Below are positions 15,791 through 30,059 of a stretch of 64,000 nt of DNA, in pieces. The first letter of the stretch is position 1; each line of letters starts with the position of its first letter. Origin of the DNA: the human T2T-CHM13v2.0 reference genome, Homo sapiens. The position numbers and the translations under genes are program-made. The notes under the pieces are model-generated. The model did no database searches, was not told the origin of the DNA, and was given only the letters and a program-made list of their open reading frames with translations. Location of the stretch: NCBI RefSeq assembly GCF_009914755.1, contig NC_060926.1; one strand, given 5' to 3'.

Positions 15791-16347
15791 TTTGGATGGT
15801 AAAAATCTGCCCCCAAATCTAGGTGACGTTTGGTTTGATTATTAGTTTTTAGATACAATACCAAAAGTACAATCCACGAAGTTTAAAAAGTAGAAATTTG
15901 GACTTTATTAAATTGAAAAGCTTCTGCTCAGTGAAAGACAACGTTAACAGAATCAAAAGGCAAGCCACAGGCTAAGGGGAAATATTTGCAAAACACATAC
16001 CACATAAAAGACTTGTCTCCAAAATATACAAAGAACGCTTAAAATGCAACCAATTAAAACAACTCAATCAAAAAATGGGAAAAATATCTGAACAGATATC
16101 TCACTACAGAAAATATATAGATGGCAAATAAGCATATGAAAAAGTGCTCAATATCATTTTATCATTAGGGAAATGCGAGTTAAAACAATGAGATTCCACT
16201 ACACACCCATTAGAATGGTTAACACTCACAAACGTAACTACTCACTTATTGCTTCGGGAATGCAGCATGGTAGAGTTACCTTGGAAGGTGGTTTAACAGT
16301 TTCTTAGAAAGCCGAACATAGTTTTACCCCATAATCCAGAAACTGCA

Positions 16348-16709
16348 TGATTTGGTTTGGCTGTGCTCCCAACCCAAACCTCATCTTGAACTGTAGCTCC
16401 CATAATTCCCATGTGCTGTGGGAGGAACTCTGTGGGAGAAAATCAAGTCATGGGGGTGGTTTCCCCCATACTGTTCTCATGGTAGTGAATAAGTCTCACC
16501 AGATCTGATGCTTTTATGAGGGGAAACACTATTGCTTGGCTCTCATTCTCTCTTGTCTGCCATCATGTAAGACGTGCCTTTTGCCTTCCACCATGATTGC
16601 GAGGCCGCCCCAGCCACATGGAATTGTGAGTCCATTAAACCTCTTTTTCTTTATAAATTACCCAGGCTCACATATGTCTTTATCAGCAGCATGAAAATGG
16701 ACTAATACA
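16348..16709 (+). mobile_element. THE1 (THE1B-like) solo LTR
   Basis: tga..tggtttggctgtg...ggactaataca; exact 5-bp TSD ctgca at 16343-16347 and 16710-16714. Confidence 0.93.
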
Positions 16710-17451
16710 CTGCATTTGTAGATATTTACCAATTGAGTTGGAAACTTACGATGACATAAAAGCCTGCTTGTGAATGTTTATAGCAGCTTTGTTCATAATG
16801 ACCAAAAACTTGAAGTAAACAAAATGTTCTTTGATAGGTGAATGAATAAACAAACTATGGTACATTCATATGATAAAAAATTTATTCAACAATAAAAAGA
16901 AATGAGATATTAAACTGTAAAAGACATGGATGAATCTTAAATACATATTGATAAGTGAAAGAAGCCAGTTCTGAAAAAGCAGTATACTCTATCATTCCAA
17001 TCATATGACATTGACAAAAAGATCAGTGGTAGCCGGGGAGAGGAGATGGTCGAACAGGTGAAACATGGAAGATATTTTAGAGCAGTGAAATGTTTTCTAT
17101 GAAGCTGAAATGGTGGATATGTCCCATTAAGCATTTGTCAAAACCAATAGAACTTTAGAGCACACAGAGTGAATCCTTATTGCATGCAAATGTTTTTGAT
17201 AATCATTTTATCAAAATAATTTTGATAAAATGGCTGAGGGACACTGGACTGCAAATGCAAGCCATGGCAAAAGAATCTGACTTACAAATGTATGAAACAA
17301 CCTCATTGAAGGAAATGGGAAGAAAAGGGACTGACCTAAGTAACTTTGGAAATGAGTGGAGTCTGTAAGACTAAAGATGAAAGAAATTGTACATAAATGC
17401 TACCTGATAACGTTTTCTCACAATGGGGCACTGGTTAATAATTCTGTATCA

Positions 17452-17823
<372 letters not shown>

Positions 17824-18473
17824 CTAGGTTTCTCACAGTTGGAGTGGGAGTTTAAAGATAAGTAAGAGAAGGAGACTAGAATTATTTATATGATAATGGA
17901 TTAGAGTCAGATAATCAGTAAGAACTCATGTTAGCTTAGTATATGTAGAGATGGTTACATATAGAAATAGGAATAGATATGTATACATACACAGGTTAAT
18001 ATACATTTAAAGCAGTGACGTCCCAGTAGCAATTAGCACACCTAGTGCCCAGAGTATGGTTTCTACCATCATATTACAATAAAGGAACGCAGAGATCTTT
18101 GGATAAATGGCTGATTCTAGGACTAGGACAGGAACATCCTGTAGCATCCAAAACATCTTATAGGACTAGAAAGTAAGAAAGTGCTCAAAAAAAAAAAATG
18201 ATAGGGGGATGTCAAACATCAACAGTGATAAGTCATATTGATAGCATATACCCTTGATATGATGTGTGAAAATCACACTTTTCTTCTATGTCCTTCCCTC
18301 CCCAAACCCATAACTCCAGTCTAGTCATGAGAGAAACATCACACACATCCCAATTGAGAGACGTTTCACAAAATATATAACCAGTACTCCTCAAAACTGT
18401 CAATAGGATCAAAACAAGGAAAGCGTGAAACTCCAGATACAGTGACATTGCACTAGATGTAATTGGTGTCCCA

Positions 18474-18812
<339 letters not shown>

Positions 18813-20417
18813 TTAGGTAAAAAGTAAGAAAATCTGAATAACAAACATTGAATCAAGAGAGACAACTTCAAATGGTAGAACAACGTTGTTGCATTTCTAC
18901 TTGTCGGCCCTACACCCTCTCCAACTTGGTGGCAGTCTTGAATATAGCAGCCCATATTCCCAGCATGGGCCCCTCAAGTCCCTAGTTCAGAGAGCAGAGC
19001 AGGTCTTAATTCTAAATTCGTGTTTGGATGCTCAAAACATTACAAGTCAAATGAGAAATCTGCATCCTCTGGGGGTGAAAGAGTTGAGATATAGAGTAGA
19101 ACCTCTAAAGTCAGAGAGGAAAAGCTGCAGAGCTTCTTTGAGAAATTGGAACATTCAAAAACACCTGTGTATGCTATGGAATTTAGAAAGCCATTTGCAT
19201 GCCTGGAACAAGATGCATCTCAGAAAAAGCCTGAGAAGATCCTAAGCTTTCACCGCTGGCTGATCTCTAAGACAAGCAGGATGTGAAGGCTAAGGCAGAG
19301 GAGTAAACAGCCTGGCTAACCAGTACCACAGCACAAAGCCAACCTGCAAAAAAAAAAAAAAAAAAAAAAAAAAAACAACAACAGAGTGGTGGGGTCTCGT
19401 TGTTGTTGTTTTCATTTTTGTTTTGGATCTTCTTTGTTTTGTTTTTAACCACTGATACTCGAAAAAATATCTTTCAAAATCCTAACTGAACACCAGCTCA
19501 AGGAACAGACTTCAGAGACCACACGTGACAAAAAAAAAAAAACAAAAAACAGTGTTTGCAAAACATCTGGAAAAGTCACTAAACAAATGGACAACTGCAG
19601 CCTTCAACAATTAAAAACAGCAAACTCTAGTGAAGGGGAAAATCAGATTTCCAGAGATGCCACCTTATAATACCCAAATGTCCAACTTTTAACAAGAAAT
19701 CACCAGGTCTAATAAACTTATGCTATTAGGCAAACAGTATGTAAAGATGTAATTTCTGATAACAACAACATAAAGTGGGGATAGAGTTGTAGGGGAGCAG
19801 AATTTCTGCTGTTGAGGCCGGTTGGTGGTATTTGTCCTGGAAGCCCTAACAGACTAATACAATCTGAAACCAACAAAGAGACTGAATCAGCAATAAAAAC
19901 AATCTCCTAGACTGCTGACAAGGATGCGGAGAAATTGGAACCTTCATTCATTACCGATGGGAATAAAATGGCTCAGCCACTGCAGAAAACAGCTTAACCT
20001 TCCCTGAAAAAATGAAACATTGAATGACCTGTGATCCCAAAATTCCACTCCTAGGCATATTCCCCAAAGAACTGAAAACAGATACCCAAACTAGTACATA
20101 TGTCAGTTTGTTCATATAAGCACTATTCACATGGCCAAAAGGTGGAACGAGCCCAAATGTCCATGATAAACAAACCATGGTATATATGTACAAAAGAACA
20201 CTATTCAGCCATAAACCTGTACTGATACTACAACACTGATAAGCATTGAAAACGCTATGTAAGTGAAAGCCAGACACAGGCTATATTGGGGAAAACTGCT
20301 TAAGGGTAACAAATTTTCCTTTGAAGTGATAGAAATGTTGTAGAACTCAATAGATGTGGTATTTAAACAACACTGTAAATGTAGTGAATGCCAAATGGCT
20401 AATTTTATGTTATCTGA

Positions 20418-20744
<327 letters not shown>

Positions 20745-21849
20745 TAAAGGGCAACATGAGAGATCCTTGTGCTGACCTGTTCTGTATCTTGACTGCAGTG
20801 GTAGGAACGTGGACCTACACATGAGACGGCATTGTACAGAACTAGATGCACACAAACACACCTTCACACACACATGCGCACACACACGCGCACACACACA
20901 TGAGTGCAATAAAACTAGGAAAACCTAAATAAGGCTTGTGGGTTGCATCAGCGTCAGTGTCCTGGTTATATTGCGCTATAGTTTTCCAAGATGTTGCTTT
21001 AGAGTCAATTGTGTAAGGGGCACACAGGACCTCTCTGTATTACTTCTTAAGCTGCATGTAAAGTTACAGAAACTCAGAGGGATGGCCTGGCCACCATATT
21101 TCTCACCATAAAAGGCCAGATGTGCCTCTTTCTGAAGGGGTCTCCAGGAATTTCAAAAGGCCTCCTCTCTGATTCACCACCAACTATGCTGGTGCCTGTT
21201 CATTTGATACTGTGACCATTTTTCCTCAAGTTGCCTGATTTTACATTTTTCCCTATGCCTAGGGCTGAACCTGGGTTCAAAACATTATTTCCTTTTTCAG
21301 AACCAAGTATTTTAATGAAATTCAATATTGCAGCTTCGTAGTGCCCATCTCGGCTGGAGTGACAGCTCATCAGCCACGTGCATGCTTGGTGTTTCCACAG
21401 GGGAAGAAGGAATGCAATTTTCTTATATTGTCTCAATTCCCCACCTAGGGAAAAATAAAGTAGCAAGGGGCATCCATTTTTAGGCATAAATCTCTTTTTT
21501 TAAGGAGAAGTGAAGGAAGGCTGGCGATGCAGCGGCTGGCTCTGCCTGCCTGGCTCCCACTCTGCTATGGAAAGACTGCTCACGTGAGAGTCCGGAGGGC
21601 TGCGATTTAATTGCAGTGAGACCCTGGGAAGCTGCTTCCTCTCTCCTGAACTTGCTTCTCTCATTTGTACCCTGTGGAAGTTAGATTGGATCCTTTAAAA
21701 AGTCCCTTCCAGCTCTAAAGTTCTCTGATTCTTCTTATTGCCATTATGAATCCAAGCTCTGCCACTCACTAGCTTGGCACTGATGTAACCCCCTGTGAGC
21801 CACAGACAGTACTGTATCCATCTCTACTAAATCAATAGATAAATAAGGC

Positions 21850-22265
21850 TGGTGGAATTTTGACTGGATTTTATTGAATCTATAGTTTGAGGAGAACTGG
21901 CATCATACTACTAGGTCTTCTGACCCATGCATAACATATACCTCTCCACTTATTTAGATCTTTCATTTCTCTTAGCAATGTTTTATAGTTTTCAGAGTAC
22001 AGGTCTAGCATTTTGTGGTCAAATTTATCTCAAAGTATTTAAATTTTTGTTATTCAAAGATGTTTTTATTTTAATTTCTGATTGTTTATTGACAGTCTAC
22101 AGAAATACAATTAATTTTTCTGTATTGATCTTGAGTACTGCAAACTTGCTAAACTCAGCTATTAGTTCTAGTGCACTCAAAATTAAAGGTAGATTTTCTC
22201 TTTTTTTTATTCAATCTGGATGATATTTATTTTGTCTTCCTGCCTAATTGCACTAGTTAAAACCA
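21850..22265 (-). mobile_element. Old L1 ORF2 fragment
   Basis: ggaattttgactggattttattgaatctatag...ttatttagatctttc...gcaaacttgctaaactcagctattagttctag. Confidence 0.8.
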
Positions 22266-22356
22266 GCTAGATCCAAGAAGCTTTCCCTTGTGGCCTTAGC
22301 AGGAATTCCCTTCCCAAGTGGAGATTTGGGGATATCTCCCCCAAGAGGAGGAGTTA

Positions 22357-22687
22357 TTTCATGGTTTATAGGTACCATATTTTCTTTATCCAATCATCCA
22401 CTGATGGACACTCATTTTGATTCCATATCTTGGCCATTGTGCATAGTTCTGAAATAAACGTATGAGTGCAGGTGTCTTTTTTATATAATCCCAGTAACAG
22501 GATTGCTGGATTGAATGGTGGTTCTATTTTTAGTTATTTAAGAAATTTCCATACTTTTTTCCATAGGGGTTGTATAATCCCTGTTTTCCATAGGGGTTTT
22601 GCTAATTTATATTCCCACCAACAGTGTATAGCCATGCTCATGTAACAGAACTACACTAGTACCCCCTAAATCTATACAAATTTAAAA
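22357..22687. mobile_element. L1PB-like fragment with internal inversion (antisense part, then sense 3' terminus)
   Basis: Antisense L1 at 22357-22630 (ttctttatccaatcatccactgatggacac...ttcccaccaacagtgtata), then sense tail catgtaacagaactacactagtaccccctaaatctatacaaatttaaaa. Confidence 0.7.
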
Positions 22688-23880
22688 GGGCGCTCAAGTT
22701 GATGAGCGTTTCATTAAGAGTTTTCTGCATAGTGAAATGGGAACTCCCAAAATCCCTTCCTCTCGTGGACCATCTTTCAAAAGCACTGATGACAACAGGA
22801 CAGGTAACATTTGAAGGTGCAGGTGCCCAGAGCAACTCAAGTCATGTGAAGTTAGTGGTTGGGGCTCTAGCATTTCAAGCAACCCAGGTGATCAGTCTGT
22901 AACAATACCTGCATGGGCCGTTTACTTCAGTACTTTTTGAGATAACAATGAGAATTGATGGTGAATAATTAAGCCCATGCTTTAACATGAAAATGCTTTA
23001 ACAGAAATGCAATTAATTGTTCTATATTGATGAAAATGATATCCTATATCCATGAAGATGATATGAAATTTACTCTGTGTAATTAGGTTATCCTACTTTT
23101 TCAAGCTGGGGTTCAAATAATGTCACTCCACACCACATAGCTGTCCATAGAACAAACAGAACCTCTGCATGCCCAGATTAGGAGGAAGCCCAGGCCTGCA
23201 GAGCCATTCTCTCCACAAACATCACCTTGAGATGCCCTCCTTTGACATCCCAACATACGTGGGCTGCTCACTATCCTCCAAAAGTCAAAGCCTGGCCATC
23301 TTGGCCCATCTCTGGAGCCAGCAGACGGGGCACATCTGGGCACCCCAGGGCTTCCCCAGCCTCCTCGACTTGAAACTGTGGTGCTGTCATGGTAGCCTGG
23401 GCTGCTTGTCCCTTCAGATCCCACAGACAGCTCCTCAGGCTGGAGGGGACACACCTTCATTCAGGGCATCACTCAGCTTGGCTGTCACAGGCCCAAATGC
23501 ACCTGGGGGTCCCCCTGTGATGGATGTAGGGCTCACCAGTAGCCTCTTTTCCCTGCACCCGCCTTCCCCTCTTGTGGCTGCTCTTCCCCAGCCTTTGTGC
23601 TTGGGCTCCTGAAGAGAGGGTAGGCAGTGGGGACTTTCCAGCTCTTAATCAAAATGTTTGCTTTTCTGTTTAACTGTGATTCTCCTGGGTATAGCTCTGC
23701 TGGCTGGAGCCAAGAGAGGAGTAAGTAGAAGGAAATAAAACCAAGCTGAATCCCTAGCAAGGGATCTTCTCCCTTTCCAGCAAAGAGGGTCCTCTGCTCT
23801 GATCCAAGTGTGCCTCATTCAACTAGAACATCTTCTCATCCTTCTCTCCTCTCTCTCTCTCTCACCTCCCCCACAACCCA

Positions 23881-23881
<1 letters not shown>

Positions 23882-23917
<36 letters not shown>
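23882..23917. repeat. (CA)18 microsatellite
   Basis: Read directly; preceded by a short (CT)n. Confidence 0.96.
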
Positions 23918-23920
<3 letters not shown>

Positions 23921-24437
23921 AGTGAGGGGCTTCAGTGGGTTATAATATCAACCTCCAGTGCCTTTCACCAAAGCCCTGATGAGAAACTAAAACAGAGATT
24001 CTGAGAACACCACGTGGGTCCACAGCCGTGCTCACTCTGGGTGGTGGTCTCTCAGTCACCCGCTCCTCAGCTCACTCAGGTCACAGAGCTTCCTCAGTAG
24101 CCAGCCTTTAGAGAGCAGTTGGCTTTTCAGAGGGTGTGCTGTCCTGCAGGCTGCATGTGCTGTGTGGCCAGCAGCTCCACAGTGGGCGAGGCTGGTTCCC
24201 GAGGCTGCGCGACCTGTCCTCCTGCAGAGGTTCACTCTAAGAGCCCATCAGTACCATCTGCATTTTCTCTACTTTTGTCAGAACAGGAACTTTTTAAACC
24301 CCAACTGATCACACAAGTCACCTCCAGGTTGCACTATGAAAACATAGACCCCTTTATGCTTCCTGATAACCACCATTGGACATCCCCTCTGACCACACAC
24401 AACAGAGGAGTACTCTATAATTACTTCCTGCTTCACA

Positions 24438-24673
24438 GATAAATCTACACCGAGATTTCCCATTGTAATAGAAATACTTCTACGCACTATCTTTTCTCCT
24501 CCTCTATTGAAAATGCATAGAGGTTATGCTCCTCTTCTGATAGATTAGAAAGGTGAGAAATCAAGAAGTAAATTGGCCGACCAGAGAGTCTCAGTGTCTC
24601 CATCTTTAAAATGGGACTAATATCACCAACCCAAAGGGGTCCATGTGGGTTAATGGTGTAGGGAGAACAGCTA
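24438..24673 (+). repeat. Left arm of ~235-bp inverted duplication (partner 25957-26191)
   Basis: Reverse-complement alignment by eye; 24580-24629 is the exact reverse complement of 26001-26050. Confidence 0.95.
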
Positions 24674-24806
24674 CCACCATGGCCAGCAGGTAGTGAGTGC
24701 TCAGAATCATATCCCAGCTGTTACCTGCATGGTCATCAGAGACACAGAAGCAGAGGCAGAAGCTTTGACTTTCCCCTGGGCCACGTTAACATCCAAGCCT
24801 CTCCAT

Positions 24807-25592
24807 CAGTGTTCTAAACACAGTGGATGCTGACCCCTAGGGGGTGTCTGGGAACTCTGTGGGGTGTTTGGGATTATCAGTATGATGGGTGGTACTTCTG
24901 CAGTACCTGGAAGAGTCCCAAACTCACTTCTGAATGTGCTGCTGGACATTTGTGTAGATGATAGGCCTGTTTATTATTTGAACTTTGTGTCATTTTACAT
25001 ATAAAAACAAAGTATATTCACCTAGTTTCACATACACTGAATCAAATGCAACAATTATGTGAATCAAGGGAAGAATTACTCCTTTACCAAGTATTGCTCT
25101 TCTTTTGGAAAAACCCTATCACAATGGCAATGCCTTTCCAAGAATTTGAGTCATCTCCAGCCCCAAACACCTGGACACACCTGCATCTGTGGCTGTCACT
25201 GCAGTCCCACAAGGGAGTACCTTCCATGTATAAGTACTTCTGCAGCTCTTATTTCAAAATGTCAAATGTAAAGAAAAACCTTTAATAAATTTTTTGTCCT
25301 TCTCTTCATACACATTTATTCATTTTAAGTACATGCAAACATTTGATTACATTATTACATTTTCTAGGAAAGCCAGACCTGAGCAATTACAATATATTGT
25401 ATTTTACTATAGATTGCTTTGCTTTTATTTCTCCTTTCTACTATAATTATGCTCAGGGCTTCACTGTCTTTTTATACAATTATGTGTACAGGTAAGTTGT
25501 ACTATCTATATTTCATTACTATATAATAAAGAGAATGTTACATAATATTTGATACAAAGCGGGTATTGGATCTGTTGGTCTTGAGAAGCACA
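24807..25592 (+). mobile_element. MER20B-like hAT-Charlie DNA transposon
   Basis: cagtgttctaaac start; caatggcaatgcc...aatttgagtca; attatgtgtacaggtaagttgtactatctat...tctgttggtcttgagaagcac end. Confidence 0.7.
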
Positions 25593-25956
25593 ATTCTATA
25601 TTACTTAATGCCCCCAAGTATTCTGCTCTGCAAGAAAGCTCTTTTAGTAAAGGAAGAATGGGATTTGATTGCGATGAAGGATAAACTAACTTGGGGCTGA
25701 GGAGGTAATGTGAGCTAGACACACATTAAATATTTAGCTGGATTAGAACAACTGAGTCAGCATAAACCTCAGGCCTTAACACAGGTGTCTGATGAGATCA
25801 CATTTCCGTCAGCCAGATGCCAGGGTGTCAGATCTCAAGCAGAAGGGAGACCGTTTAACAAGATTTTGGTTTCTCATTAAAGCTGAATATTGAACCACTT
25901 TCAGAAAGGGTAAACTACCTTTTCATTATTAGGAATAAAAGAATATTATTTTCTTT

Positions 25957-26191
25957 TAGCCACTCTCCCTACGCAATTAACCCACATGGACCCCCTCAGT
26001 TTGGTGATATTAGTCCCATTTTAAAGATGGAGACACTGAGACTCTCTGGTTGGCCAATTTGCTTAACTTCTTGATTTCTTGCTTTTCTAATCTATAAGAA
26101 GAGGAGTATAACCTCTATGCATTTTCAATAGAGGAGGGAAAAAGATAGTGAATGGAAGTATTTCCATTACAAGGAAATTTGGATATTTATC
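25957..26191 (-). repeat. Right arm of ~235-bp inverted duplication (partner 24438-24673)
   Basis: tagccactctccctacgcaattaacccacatggacccc...gaagtatttccattacaaggaaat mirrors the left arm. Confidence 0.95.
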
Positions 26192-26734
26192 CAAACAAGG
26201 AAATAAGAATATTCACCCAAATTAACATTACTTGTAAAGCAGTTGTCTCAATGAACATAATTCTCTCTTGGTCATCTAATTGATCCTCAAGAAAGATAAA
26301 TTGGAATAACGAATGTCCAGACAAACAAAGGCATGACTGCACAAATACAAAGGCTGTTGGGGCAAGGAGGAAAGCTCATTGAACTACCAGTAAGCACCTG
26401 TTCCAGGAGGGACCCGAAGACACTTGAGGCTGTGTACGGTCTGGAGTGGGGCTGTCTGGCCTCTGGGTCTGAGCACTCCCCTCCCATCTGTATCCCCTAC
26501 CCACCCCCCGCCACCCCACAGATCACAAATCCCTACACTGAAGGAGAGGTGGGAATCATTCCTACGGGAGGAAGTGCCCAGGTGAAGGGCCTCTCATGCC
26601 AGGGCCTTTCAGCCACCACTGAAGATGCCTACCCTGATGCCCCCAGACAGCCTTCTTGCTAGCAAGGGCAGGCAAGCCCTTCATCTATCAAAATCCTCCT
26701 TCCTGGGCCCCACTGCCTCAAGGACTTGCCAGTT

Positions 26735-27330
26735 AATTTATTCAACAGATCCATTTGGGGGTGTCTATTCTTTCCAGGTGCTGGAGACAGGCGTCCAGCA
26801 AAGCAACCACGGTGCCTGCTCTCATGGAACTTGCAACCTGGCAGGGAGCAGACGTCAGATGGAGGAATAATCACATACACAGTGTGCAGTTATAACAGGG
26901 CTGTGTTAACCTGTGAAGGATGGAATATGGTGGGGGCGGGCATCAAGAAAGTTCTCCTTGGAAAGCAGTGCCTGCACCGAGAGTTGAAAGTTGGGTAGGA
27001 GTTAACTGGGAGAAAGGGAAGGAGAGCAGGCGGTGGAGAGTAATGGGGCGCCCTGTGGGAAGGCCCTGTGGTGGGTGGGACAGCACCAGACCCAACTGTC
27101 CCACAGGCCAGAGTAGAGGAGGTAGGGGCATGAGGTGTGTCTGGGCAGCAGGTACAGACCACGCCAGTCCTGTAGTCACATCGAGAGACATTATCTTAAG
27201 AGTGGTGCAAACCCATGCCAAAAGTTTATGCAGGGGAAGGACATTGACGTTTTCACATTTGGGAGCAATCACTGTGGCTGCAGACTAGAAAAAGCTGGAT
27301 AAAGAGTGGATCAGCAATCTGGGAGATGAA
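26735..27330 (-). mobile_element. L2 3' fragment
   Basis: ttattcaacagatccattt...ccaggtgctggagacag...tgcctgctctcatggaacttgca. Confidence 0.55.
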
Positions 27331-29084
27331 GTAGGAAGCCACAGCCACAGCATGCCAGCACTCAGAGCAGGTGATTTTGGAGAGCTCCAGTCTGAGAGGC
27401 AAATCCTCACTAAGATGGGAGGGACTGAGAGTGTCTAGCATGCCACCTCTTAGACCCATGGGCTCCTAAAGTCCAGCCTCCAGAGAGTGCCGTCCTTGTA
27501 CATTCCTCACACCTGACCATCCAGCCTCTGGCCAAGTTGTTCTGATGATGGTGAGGGGGTATCGCTGCTTTATGGAAAGTTCCAAATGCAGAAAACTTTT
27601 TCCTTATGATGAACTGGGATTTCCTGCCCATCTCTTGGGCCTCCTGCTCCCTTCAGACACTCAGTATAACTGGTGTGTTCCAATCTCCCCACTACCCTCT
27701 CCCCTCCCAACTCCAGGAAATCTGGGTGTGGAAAGAGCACAGACTCTGGGGTCCCCTTACCAAGAGATGACCTCGGGCAGACACTTACCTTGCCTGAGGC
27801 TGTTTCCTCTTCTGTAAAACTGGAGGAGCAGCCCATACAGCACACTCAAGGAAGGGGATTCCAGGAGTTGGCATCAATAATCCTGCCCAGCACTTAACAG
27901 CTCTCAAGGAGCCAACCGTGGGCCATCCCCTCAAACACTGCTCCTGGCTCCACTGCTGGATCCTTGGTGTAAATCACCCTGACTCCTCAGTGGGCATCTT
28001 CAAGGTCTTCCAGGGAAAGGCACATTCCCCACAGGCCTGGGGCCCTCCTCCCTGGCCCTGCCCCGATGTGAGGCAACCCTTAGGAAAAGCAGCAGGGTGG
28101 CAGGGGCCGAGGAGACCAGAGGGACCCAGGAAGGCAGAGGGGTCTTGGCTGCCTTAGGCCAAGACTGGCAGGTGGAGCATGGGCCAGGCACTTGGGAGCA
28201 CAGCAGGTAAGCAAGGAGCCCAGGCCTGCAGCGCGGGACCCCAGGTAAAGGGGCTACTGCAGCCACCTGGATTGCATGAGCCACCCATGCTCAGTGCATG
28301 GGCAGACTTTGGGACACTACCCTATTCCCTGCTGGGAGGAAAATAACTCAACGGGGGCATTTTTGCCCCTGCTTCCAGGCCAAACAGTAAAGGAGGAAGC
28401 CAATGCTTTACAGGGAAATTCTGTGGTGCGTGTGCTGTGTGTGTGAGGAAGGGAGGGTGAGCTTGCCTGTGAGTGTGGGGCTGGGGATGGGGGCACACGT
28501 ACTTGGAGATGCCTGGGCCTGCCCTGCACACACACGACCCGGCTCCCTGATTTCAGGGCTGTTGCATGGACGCTGAGGCATGAAACAGGGCATCCTTTCC
28601 TGGTCTGCCCAACTTCAGGTGGGGGAACTCATTCAATTCTGCCTACGCTGTTTGCCCAGGTTTGAGCAGCGAAGAACCAGGCTCCATAACGCCCCTCAGG
28701 TGAGTGGGCAAGCTCACTGCTCCATCCCGTCCCTCCTCACAGGTGCGCAGCCCTGACTTTCACCTGGAGCTTCTGAAGATGCGGCGCCAGCTGCAAGCCC
28801 TTCTCTGGAGGAAGAGGCAGCTTCCGGGTGTCTCCAGGATATTTGCCTCAAGCCTCACACCTGCTGGGTGAGAATGACCAAAGGCAAAACTGATGCCCTG
28901 GAACACACACTGGACAAATTCAGGGCTCCTTCCTGGCCCCTGCAAGATTAGCCAGCAGGCCCAAGACTGGATACAGCTGCTGGGCAAACTTACACCATTC
29001 GATGACTTTAAAAATATTCAAGAGCAAGCAAAGCACTGTAATCAGTGATAAGAGCATAGCAGTCACCCCCACAGGCCAGGTGGA

Positions 29085-29275
29085 AGCCTCGTCACCACTT
29101 ACTCACTGTGTGACCTTGGGCAGTTTAATTAACATCTCTAAGCCTCAAAGTCCCATGTCTGAAATGCAGATCCTGATAGCACCTACCTCAGAGGTTTGTG
29201 GTGAGGATTAAATGATAATCCATGAAAAATGCCTGGCCTAATAAACATGCTTGATAAATCTTACCTGTTGATTAT
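29085..29275 (+). mobile_element. MIR SINE
   Basis: ccacttactcactgtgtgaccttgggcagtttaattaacatctctaagcctca...gtgaggattaaatga. Confidence 0.8.
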
Positions 29276-29819
29276 TTGCGACAGTGAATACCTAGCGGTG
29301 GGTATTAGAATCCTGTTGGTGCAACTGCAGCTCAGGGGGTGGGACAACAGGCTGAAGGCCGCCAGCTAGGCAGTGGCAGGCCCAAAGGCCATGTGGGGTC
29401 TTATTTTTGCTGCCATGGGACAAGTGGTGGGCCCTGGTAACTGGCAGTGCCACAGGGGCCCTTGTTTGCCAAACACATCAGCTGCTGCTCAGGCATAGCC
29501 ACGGGGCCAGTCCCAGGGCACACAGCATCCCAGCTGGGACAGAGGAAGAGAACCTGGGGCCAGGGCTTCACCAGCTGGTCCACCTCCCTTCCTGGACCTT
29601 CAAAATAGACTCAGTCTCATCAGAGCAACAGGAAGTGGGACCCTGATCTTAATCCAGTTTCACACCACACAGGCCCAGTTTGGGGTTGTGCCAGGGCCTG
29701 AGTTAAGGTGCCCTCCAGGGCACTGGTTACCTCCTCACATGGTGTCCTCACTCTACAAATCTCCAGGAGACATCCTTGTCTCACCTTTCTGCTTGTGATG
29801 ATTTTATCTCTTAGAAACA

Positions 29820-30052
29820 ACAATAGCAACCACCAGCCCAGGGTTTACCTTGTGCCAGACACTTGTAAGTGCTTTACATGTCTTAACGCTTCAACCTCAT
29901 CACACCCTGAAGTGGGCACTGTTATTATCCTCATGTTACAGATAAAAAAGCTGAAGCCCAGCTTAACCCGAGAGGTTAAGTAACTTGCCCACAGACACAC
30001 AGCTAGTAAGTGGCAGTGCTTGGATTCAAATCCAGATATTCTGGCACCAAAG
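29820..30052 (-). mobile_element. MIR SINE
   Basis: gtgccagacacttgtaagtgctttaca...gaggttaagtaacttgcccacagacacacagctagtaagtggcag. Confidence 0.85.
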
Positions 30053-30059
30053 GCTGGAT

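Noticed and set aside
29085-30052. Oppositely oriented MIR pair as an inverted duplication
   Set aside because: Similarity is limited to the MIR consensus; independent insertions
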